Assembly: GCA_000990355.1 (NCBI GenBank)
Contig: LBSX01000005.1
Coordinates: 4,584 to 68,583 of the forward strand
Reading direction: 5' to 3'
Origin: Candidatus Magasanikbacteria bacterium GW2011_GWC2_37_14
GTDB taxonomy: Bacteria > Patescibacteriota > Patescibacteriia > Magasanikbacterales > UBA922
Length of the DNA stretch: 64,000 nt
The notes below the pieces were generated by a model, which ran no database searches, was not told the DNA's origin, and saw only the letters and a program-made list of their open reading frames with translations. A program made the translations under genes and the position numbers. Shown here piece by piece: positions 57,797 to 64,000 of the stretch. The first letter of the stretch is position 1, and each line of letters begins with the position of its first letter.

Positions 57797-58255
57797 TTAA
57801 ATAATAAACCTATATCGACATTTTTTTCTGTCGCCATTTAAGTACTGGTCATTGTGTTTTGGTAGATCAACAATTTCTATTAGTTTACCACCGGCCAATT
57901 CGCAAGTTTTTCTGGAAGCAAGATTGTTTGTATCGCAGGTTATATAAATTTCGTTTAAATTGTGTTTTTTGGCAAAAGGTAATAATAATTTAATACTTCT
58001 GGCTGCATAATGATGACCTCTAAATTTTTCTTTTACCCCATAACCAATATGTCCACCATAAAAAATATTTTCATTATTGCCAATTCTTAAGTGTATAAGA
58101 CCCATGCATTCACTGGTACTGGAGTTTTTCATTTCAAAATTATAGGCTGGAACATATTTTTTTTCTTCGTTTGCAGGAATTTTTTTTACCAATATTAACT
58201 CCAACTCATTATCAATTAGTTTACCAGGACTTAGGAATTTAAAAATATTTTTCAT
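57797..58255 (-). CDS. GNAT family N-acetyltransferase
   Basis: HIGYGVKEKFRGHHYAARSIKLLLPFA acetyltransferase core. Confidence 0.55.
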   Translation of the reverse strand: MKNIFKFLSPGKLIDNELELILVKKIPANEEKKYVPAYNFEMKNSSTSECMGLIHLRIGNNENIFYGGHIGYGVKEKFRGHHYAARSIKLLLPFAKKHNLNEIYITCDTNNLASRKTCELAGGKLIEIVDLPKHNDQYLNGDRKKCRYRFII

Positions 58256-58357
58256 ATTTTTACTTTATCATTTTTAGTTTTTCCTGGCAAGCCATAAGCC
58301 TTGATTTATATCTTTAAATAGCCTAAAATACTCATATAATTACTAAGTACAATTTTT

Positions 58358-59089
58358 ATGTCCGGACATTCCAAATGGCACAATATTCAAGGTAAAAAGG
58401 GTAAAGCCGACAAGGCTCGAAGCAATGTTTTTACCAAATTAGCCCGTATGATCACGATTACTGCCCGTGAAGGCGGTGGCGACCCAGTAATGAATTTTTC
58501 ATTGCGTTTATCAATCGACAAAGCCAAGGCCGCCAACATGCCCAAAGAAAATATTGAACGCGCCATCAAAAAAGGCATTGGTGAAGATGACGGAGCCAAA
58601 CTTGAAGAAGTAATGTACGAAGGTTATGGACCAAGCGGGGTGGCTTTTCTCGTAGAAACTTTAACCGATAATATTAATCGCACAGTTTCGGAAGTAAAAA
58701 ATGTTATTTCCAAAAGAGGCGGATCACTCGGAGCAGCTGGTAGTGTAAAATGGATGTTTAATCGTCTCGGCGTGGTGCGCCTCGACGAAAGTCAAAAGTC
58801 AAAAGTCCAAAGTCAAAAGTCCGAATTTGAACTTGAATTAATGGACGCGGGAATTAATGAAATGAATGATTCTGAATTTGGTTTGGAAATCACTTGCCCA
58901 GTTGAAAGTTTTCAAAAGGTTTTGGAAGTGGTAAAAAAATATGAGTTAGAACCAGAAAGTTCGGGGTTGGAATGGGTGGCCAAAGAATTAGTTACTCTAG
59001 ACGAAGAAACTTCTAACAAAGTAAGCGAACTTTATGATGAACTTGATGATTTGGATGATGTGCGTGAAGTGTATACGAATGAAGCATAG
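58358..59089 (+). CDS. yebC: YebC/PmpR family transcriptional regulator
   Basis: MSGHSKWHNIQ N-terminus diagnostic; contains in-frame AAGTCAA tandem repeat. Confidence 0.9.
   Translation: MSGHSKWHNIQGKKGKADKARSNVFTKLARMITITAREGGGDPVMNFSLRLSIDKAKAANMPKENIERAIKKGIGEDDGAKLEEVMYEGYGPSGVAFLVETLTDNINRTVSEVKNVISKRGGSLGAAGSVKWMFNRLGVVRLDESQKSKVQSQKSEFELELMDAGINEMNDSEFGLEITCPVESFQKVLEVVKKYELEPESSGLEWVAKELVTLDEETSNKVSELYDELDDLDDVREVYTNEA
58789..58824. repeat. tandem heptamer AAGTCAA (about 5 units, degenerate) inside yebC, in frame (encodes QKSKVQSQKSE)
   Basis: AAGTCAAAAGTCAAAAGTCCAAAGTCAAAAGTCCGAA. Confidence 0.7.
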
Positions 59090-59094
59090 CTTAT

Positions 59095-59205
59095 TTGTAA
59101 TTTTCAATTTACAATAATCAATTTACAATAAATTTTCAATGAGATAATTTTCATTGATAATTTGTAAATTGAAAATTTGTTGAAAATTGTAAATTGATAA
59201 TTGAT
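59095..59205. repeat. about 110-bp imperfect palindrome built from CAATTTACAAT units in yebC-ruvC spacer
   Basis: left arm TTTCAATTTACAATAATCAATTTACAATAAATTTTCAATGA mirrors right arm TCATTGATAATTTGTAAATTGAAAATTTGTTGAAAATTGTAAATTG. Confidence 0.6.
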
Positions 59206-59707
59206 TATTATGTCAAACAACAAAGGTAAAGAGCGTGTTTTAGGAATTGATCCAGGGTTCGGTAGAACTGGTTTTGGGGTAATTGAAAAAATAAATGGCG
59301 TTTGGAAAGTTTTGGGTTATGGTTGTATCGAAACTCCCAAGACTGATGATTATTCTTTAAGATTATTAGAACTTAGTAAATGTTTAAAACAAATTATAAA
59401 AAAGTATCAGCCGGCAAAAGCGGGGGTAGAGGATTTGTTTTTTTATAACAATGCCAAAACCGCAATAAAAGTCGGTCAGGCTAGGGGTGTAGTCCTCTTA
59501 ACTTTGGCCGAAGCAAATATTCCGGTTTGGGAATTTACCCCGCTACAAGTAAAACAAACTATTACGGGTTATGGTAAAGCCGAAAAATCAGCCATGCAAA
59601 AAATGGTGCAAAAATTGTTTGGTTTAACCAAGAAAATTACCCCCGATGATGCGGCCGATGCCTTGGCAGTTGCCCTAACAACTGCAGGGTGCTTAAAACT
59701 TAAATAA
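59201..59707 (+). CDS. ruvC: crossover junction endodeoxyribonuclease RuvC
   Basis: VLGIDPGFGRTGFGVIE N-terminus, conserved acidic residues. Confidence 0.9.
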   Translation: MIIMSNNKGKERVLGIDPGFGRTGFGVIEKINGVWKVLGYGCIETPKTDDYSLRLLELSKCLKQIIKKYQPAKAGVEDLFFYNNAKTAIKVGQARGVVLLTLAEANIPVWEFTPLQVKQTITGYGKAEKSAMQKMVQKLFGLTKKITPDDAADALAVALTTAGCLKLK

Positions 59708-59734
59708 CTGGATTGCTAAAATCCAGTTTTTTTT
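59708..59734 (+). terminator. rho-independent terminator after ruvC
   Basis: CTGGATT-GCTAAA-ATCCAG-TTTTTTTT. Confidence 0.6.
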
Positions 59735-59744
59735 GTATAATAAC

Positions 59745-59825
59745 CAAAGTTCATAAAGTCAGAAAGTTCGTAAAGTTCATCAAGAATTGGACTTTATAAA
59801 CTTTATAACTTTATAAACTTTTAAA
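59745..59825. repeat. imperfect palindrome: AAGTTCATAAAG/GTTCGTAAAGTTCAT versus tandem CTTTATAAA x3 upstream of gap
   Basis: GACTTTATAAACTTTATAACTTTATAAAC is near reverse complement of the left units. Confidence 0.5.
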
Positions 59826-59834
59826 ACTAACAAT

Positions 59835-60833
59835 ATGATTAACATCGCAATCAACGGGTTTGGCAGAATTGGCCGTCAGGCTTTTAAAGCTGCTTTTAAA
59901 AATAAGAATATCAAAATTGTTGCCATCAATGATTTAACCGACACCAAAACTTTGGCTCATCTTTTGCAATACGACACTGCCTATGGCAAATATGAATTGG
60001 CTGTTTCACATGATGAAAAAAATATCATTGTTAAGGGCAAGAAAACTCCGGTCTTTGCCGAAAAAGATCCTTCGCTTTTGCCTTGGAAAAAATTAAAAGT
60101 GGATGTGGTATTAGAGTGTACTGGTCGTTTTACCGACAAAGCTGGTGCTGAATTGCATGTTAAAGCTGGTGCCAAAAAAGTTATTATCTCTGCCCCGGCC
60201 AAGGGTGGTGATGTACCCACTTATGTGCGGGCAGTTAATTGTGGCAAAGTAGGTAAAGAAAAATCAAAAGTAATAAACAATGCTTCTTGTACCACCAATT
60301 GTATTGCTCCAGTAATGGCAATTTTGGATGAAAAATTTGGTATAGAAAAAGCTATGATGAGTACAGTGCATGGTTATACAGCTGATCAAAATTTACAAGA
60401 TAGTCCACACAAAGATTTGCGTCGCGCTCGGGCAGCTGCCGAAAATATTGTGCCAACTACTACTGGCGCGGCCAAAGCAGTTGGTGAAGTAAAAACTAAT
60501 TTACAAGGAATTTTTGATGGTGTGGCTTTTCGGGTGCCAGTGCCAACTTGTTCGCTATCCGACATTACTGCAGTCTTAAAAAAGAATGTTACCAAAGAAG
60601 AAATTAATAAAGTCTTGATTGAAGCTTCCAAAACTGCTCGTTTTGCTGGAGTTTTGGCAGTAACAACTGAACCTTTGGTTTCTTCCGACTATGTTGGCAA
60701 TGCTTATTCTTCCATAGTAGATTTACCTTTAACCAATGTGGTGGGTGGGAATTTAGTAAAAGTAGTAGCTTGGTATGATAATGAATATGGCTATGCTCAT
60801 CGTTTAATAGAAATGGCATTGTTGTTTGCCTAG
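59835..60833 (+). CDS. gap: glyceraldehyde-3-phosphate dehydrogenase
   Basis: INGFGRIGR Rossmann start, SCTTNC catalytic Cys. Confidence 0.95.
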   Translation: MINIAINGFGRIGRQAFKAAFKNKNIKIVAINDLTDTKTLAHLLQYDTAYGKYELAVSHDEKNIIVKGKKTPVFAEKDPSLLPWKKLKVDVVLECTGRFTDKAGAELHVKAGAKKVIISAPAKGGDVPTYVRAVNCGKVGKEKSKVINNASCTTNCIAPVMAILDEKFGIEKAMMSTVHGYTADQNLQDSPHKDLRRARAAAENIVPTTTGAAKAVGEVKTNLQGIFDGVAFRVPVPTCSLSDITAVLKKNVTKEEINKVLIEASKTARFAGVLAVTTEPLVSSDYVGNAYSSIVDLPLTNVVGGNLVKVVAWYDNEYGYAHRLIEMALLFA

Positions 60834-60882
60834 TGTCATTGCGAGGAAGTGCCGATGAGGCACTGACGAAGCAATCCCAAGG
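60834..60882. repeat. hairpin repeat GTCATTGCGAG-[GAAGTGCCGATGAGGCACTGAC]-GAAGCAATCCCAAGG (copy 2)
   Basis: shares both flanks with 20808-20852; starts 1 nt after gap stop codon. Confidence 0.65.
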
Positions 60883-60897
60883 CTTTAGAAATAAATT

Positions 60898-62130
60898 ATG
60901 AAATTGAGAACGCTTAAACAAATCAAGAACTTAAAAAACAAGCGCGTGTTGGTACGAGTGGATTTTAATGTGCCGGTAAATAATGGAAAAATTCTTGATG
61001 ATGAACGGATTAAACTTTCTGTTCCGACAATTGAATATTTATTAAAGAAAAAAGCCAAAGTAATTTTATTGACTCATTTAGGTCGTCCGGCTGGTTACAA
61101 TGGTAAAGGCAAAAGTGGTTATGACAAGAAGTTTGCTTTAACCTCAGTTGTAAAAAAGGCTAGTGAATTATTAAATAAAGAAATAAAATTTGTTGAGGAT
61201 ATTAAAATTGGGCGAGCAAAAGATCAAGAACTATATTTTGCTAATGCGGAAAAAGAAATAGCCAAAATGAAAGATGGAGAAATTGTAATGTTGGAAAATA
61301 TGCGATTTTTCCCTGAAGAAGCTAAAGAAATAACAAAACTAAGCAAAAAAATTGCTAAGTTAGGTGATATTTTTGTTTTAGATGGATTTGCGGTTGCTCA
61401 TCGTGAGGCCGCTTCGGTTTCGGGAGTGGCAAAATATTTACCTTCTTTTGCAGGGTTCTTGTTAGAAAAAGAAATTATTAATTTAAATAAAGTTACGGAA
61501 AAACCAAAAAGTCCTTTTGTAGTGGTGTTGGGTGGTGCCAAAGTAGAAACCAAAGCACCGGTTTTAAAAAATTTATTACCCAAAGCTGATTATGTTTTAA
61601 TTGGTGGGGGAGTATTTAATACTTATTTAAAAGCTGTAGGGTATAAACTCGGTGGATCTTTGGTAGATAATGATTATTTAAAAGATTCATTAAAATATTG
61701 CAAGACAATGAAAGTAATTAAACCAATTGATGTAGTAGTGGGAACTGAGGACGGTAAACATTATGAGGTATTAAAAGTTAATTCAAAATTAGAAATTAAA
61801 AATTCAAAATTAGCCATTCTGGATATTGGGCCAGCTACAATTCGCCTTTATGCCGAGTATATCAAGAAGGCTAAAACCTTGGTGTGGAATGGAGCTATGG
61901 GGTATTTTGAAAAAAGGGTGTACAGCACTGGAACATTGTCTGTCGCGCGTTTAGTGGCTTCTAGAGCGCGTGGACGTGCGTTTGGGGTAATTGGTGGGGG
62001 TGAGACATTAGAAGCTATGGAGAGGGTAAAAATGACCGAATTTGTGGATTTAGTTTCTACTGGTGGAGGAGCAATGTTGGAATATTTAGCAGGCAAGAAA
62101 TTGCCAGGAATTAGAGCGTTGATTTCATGA
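60898..62130 (+). CDS. pgk: phosphoglycerate kinase
   Basis: RVDFNVP N-terminus, conserved PGK domains, 410 aa. Confidence 0.95.
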   Translation: MKLRTLKQIKNLKNKRVLVRVDFNVPVNNGKILDDERIKLSVPTIEYLLKKKAKVILLTHLGRPAGYNGKGKSGYDKKFALTSVVKKASELLNKEIKFVEDIKIGRAKDQELYFANAEKEIAKMKDGEIVMLENMRFFPEEAKEITKLSKKIAKLGDIFVLDGFAVAHREAASVSGVAKYLPSFAGFLLEKEIINLNKVTEKPKSPFVVVLGGAKVETKAPVLKNLLPKADYVLIGGGVFNTYLKAVGYKLGGSLVDNDYLKDSLKYCKTMKVIKPIDVVVGTEDGKHYEVLKVNSKLEIKNSKLAILDIGPATIRLYAEYIKKAKTLVWNGAMGYFEKRVYSTGTLSVARLVASRARGRAFGVIGGGETLEAMERVKMTEFVDLVSTGGGAMLEYLAGKKLPGIRALIS

Positions 62131-62274
62131 ACACATGGACTCAAATAGCATGAACTCACTAATTGTTGAGTAAATGTTATTTGTGTCCATGAGTTAATGT
62201 TTTGTTGTTGGTTGAATTTTGTGATATAATATAAATATCAAATTATAAATTTTATTAATAATTAATACAATTGT

Positions 62275-63126
62275 ATGCCTGTCAAAAAAATCGACGAGAC
62301 TCTCGTCAAAGGCTCCTGTTGTGGAGAAGGTAAGAGCTGTTGCTCATTACCAATGGGTAAATGTTGCCGTGGCAATTTTGCTCATAAAATTATGCTTACC
62401 CTCGCGGGTATTTTGTTGGTTTACGGAATTGTCTTGGTTGGCACCATGATCCGCAACAACATGCAACAATATTATTTTATTGGCAAAGCGCCAAAATCAG
62501 AAAGATTAATTACTGTAGAAGCTAGTGGTAAAGTTACAGTAAAACCAGATCTAGCAGTTACTACCATGGGTATGATGGCCGAAGCCAAAACTGTGGCCGA
62601 AGCCCAAAAGAAAAATACCGAAGTGATGAATAATTTATTGGCCAAATTAAAAGCTGTGGGCGTGGATGAAAAAGATATTCAAACTGCTAATTACAATGTA
62701 TATCCACAATACGATTATACAGATGGTACTAGTGTGCTAAAAGGCTATCAAGTAAGCCAAAACTTAACAGTTAAAATTCGTGACTTAAATAAAGCTGATC
62801 AAATTTTGGGCTTGGCCGGAGAAGTTGGCGCCAATAGTGTAAGTGGCATTGAATTTACATTCGATGATACTGATGTTTATGTAGCAGAAGCTAGAGACTT
62901 GGCAATGAAAAAAATAGAAGATAAAGTAAAAATGTTGTCGCAACAGTTGGGTGTGCGTTTTATGAATGTCACTTCTTATTATGAATATAATGATCAAGGT
63001 ACAGCCTATCCAAAGATGTATGCCGAATCGGCTATGGGTATGGGTAATGCAGTTTCTGTACCAGATATTCAGCCAGGTACCAATGATATTTCTTTGAAAG
63101 TTAATGTGACGTTTGAAATAAGATAA
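62275..63126 (+). CDS. SIMPL-domain (DUF541) protein with Cys-rich N-terminus and TM anchor
   Basis: SIMPL-type repeats across C-terminal 220 aa; N-terminal CCGEGKSCC..CC. Confidence 0.7.
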   Translation: MPVKKIDETLVKGSCCGEGKSCCSLPMGKCCRGNFAHKIMLTLAGILLVYGIVLVGTMIRNNMQQYYFIGKAPKSERLITVEASGKVTVKPDLAVTTMGMMAEAKTVAEAQKKNTEVMNNLLAKLKAVGVDEKDIQTANYNVYPQYDYTDGTSVLKGYQVSQNLTVKIRDLNKADQILGLAGEVGANSVSGIEFTFDDTDVYVAEARDLAMKKIEDKVKMLSQQLGVRFMNVTSYYEYNDQGTAYPKMYAESAMGMGNAVSVPDIQPGTNDISLKVNVTFEIR

Positions 63127-63142
63127 ATTGAATAATAAAAAT

Positions 63143-63170
63143 TCCTCGACTAAATGTCGGGGTTTTTTAT
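63143..63170 (+). terminator. rho-independent terminator
   Basis: CCTCGAC-TAAAT-GTCGGGGTTTTTTA. Confidence 0.55.
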
Positions 63171-63471
63171 TTTAGGTTTATTGATTTAATCCAATGAGGA
63201 AATATGGAATTGGGGCTGGAAGCGGGAAAATATTTTCCCGCATCTTAACCTAATTCCTTATTCCTTTTCTTTTTAAAATATATAATAACATCTCCCGACG
63301 TTAAGTCATGGGATGTTTTAGTTTATCCCTACTCCCCCCGTATAGTTTTTTAAAAAGCAGATTTTATGATATAATAGTTTTGTTAAAATTTAATCAAACA
63401 AATTTATATCCTTCACTATCAAAGGCAAAATTTATAGTATTGTCAAAGAATATTTATTCATTAGTATTATT

Positions 63472-64000
63472 GTGTTGTTTTTGGGTGTGGCAGGGGTGCT
63501 TTTGCCATATTTGTATGGAGGTATTGATAATGTCAAGGCTGTTAGTTTTAGTAGTGTAGCAACGATAGCAGAGAATACTTATGGTTATGAAAATACATTA
63601 AAGTTACAAAAAATTAATGGAATATACTATTCATCACATTTGGCCAACGACGGTGATGGGGATGGTGCTCTTACAATAGCGACATCTTCAGATGGGTCTA
63701 CTTGGGGTTCGCCATACACAGCTATGACGGATATTTCTCCAAAAGATTGTGAATTTGGCTATTATGAAAACGGGGGCTACTTCTATGCTATTTTTTCAAA
63801 TTATAATAATAATGATCACACACCAACAGAAATAGTTATTACCACTTCTTCAGATACTATTACTTGGTCAGCGACGTCAACAGTAGTAAATAATATTGAT
63901 CCAGTAGTTGATAATGATATAAAAGTTTTTTCTTCAGTCGTGTCTTCCAGTAATTATTTGTCTTTTGCATATTTTAATGTAGATTCTGGGGTTGTAATAT
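63472..64000 (+). CDS. partial (5' part only) secreted protein with BNR/Asp-box motif, runs off window end
   Basis: open frame with no stop from 63394 to window end, N-terminal hydrophobic segment, SSDGSTWGS Asp-box; no in-frame ATG, candidate GTG start at 63472. Confidence 0.35.
   Translation, partial: MLFLGVAGVLLPYLYGGIDNVKAVSFSSVATIAENTYGYENTLKLQKINGIYYSSHLANDGDGDGALTIATSSDGSTWGSPYTAMTDISPKDCEFGYYENGGYFYAIFSNYNNNDHTPTEIVITTSSDTITWSATSTVVNNIDPVVDNDIKVFSSVVSSSNYLSFAYFNVDSGVVI

Noticed and set aside
63308-63559. 83-aa ORF in the spacer after the SIMPL gene
   Set aside because: Low-complexity, no RBS. It overlaps the longer out-of-frame BNR-like partial gene. Judged a spurious frame.

Overview
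This is a low-GC (roughly 35%) bacterial chromosome segment with short intergenic regions. The gene content is consistent with a Patescibacteria/CPR-like organism, which is an inference: a 2-oxoacid:ferredoxin oxidoreductase, an ECF sigma factor with a DUF5667-type partner, pilB-pilC-pilM-pilN-pilO without a pilin in the window, a cluster of RNA-modification enzymes, small basic proteins, a SemiSWEET-like transporter and O-antigen ligase/flippase genes.

Housekeeping genes identified:
- OFOR alpha/beta/gamma, glmS and gmk
- rplS, ahcY and uvrA
- rpsF-ssb-rpsR, rpoB-rpoC and an ABC-F ATPase
- arfB, a PIF1-like helicase, yebC-ruvC and gap-pgk
- three tRNAs: anticodon UAU (putative Ile), Arg-CCG and Ser-CGA

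Observations that are not routine:
- An IS200/IS605-type REP-associated tyrosine transposase (RAYT) sits next to its cognate 28-bp perfect-palindrome REP, which starts with GTAG. There are three REP copies. One lies in frame inside the RAYT gene itself and one forms the in-frame 3' end of an RNA methyltransferase gene.
- A second family of GC-rich palindromic mini-elements (core CCCCTCTCGGGCAGAGGGG) is inserted in frame into four housekeeping CDS. This resembles Rickettsia palindromic elements.
- GC-rich multi-hairpin arrays are shared between distant loci.
- Three small high-GC (about 60%) single-gene islets sit in the low-GC backbone. They encode a PurN-like formyltransferase, a TSP type-3-repeat lipoprotein and a 107-aa ORF. 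Two of them abut the GC-rich hairpin arrays.
- An elevated-GC two-gene operon, a DnaJ-type zinc-finger miniprotein plus a 371-aa unknown, lies beside the RAYT and has a terminator-like leader hairpin.
- Frame-shifting heptanucleotide tandem repeats occur inside an O-antigen-ligase-like gene, which makes it a phase-variation candidate.
- Several large intergenic palindromes and the GTCAT-initiated hairpin repeat families occupy gene ends.

No CRISPR array or rRNA was seen.
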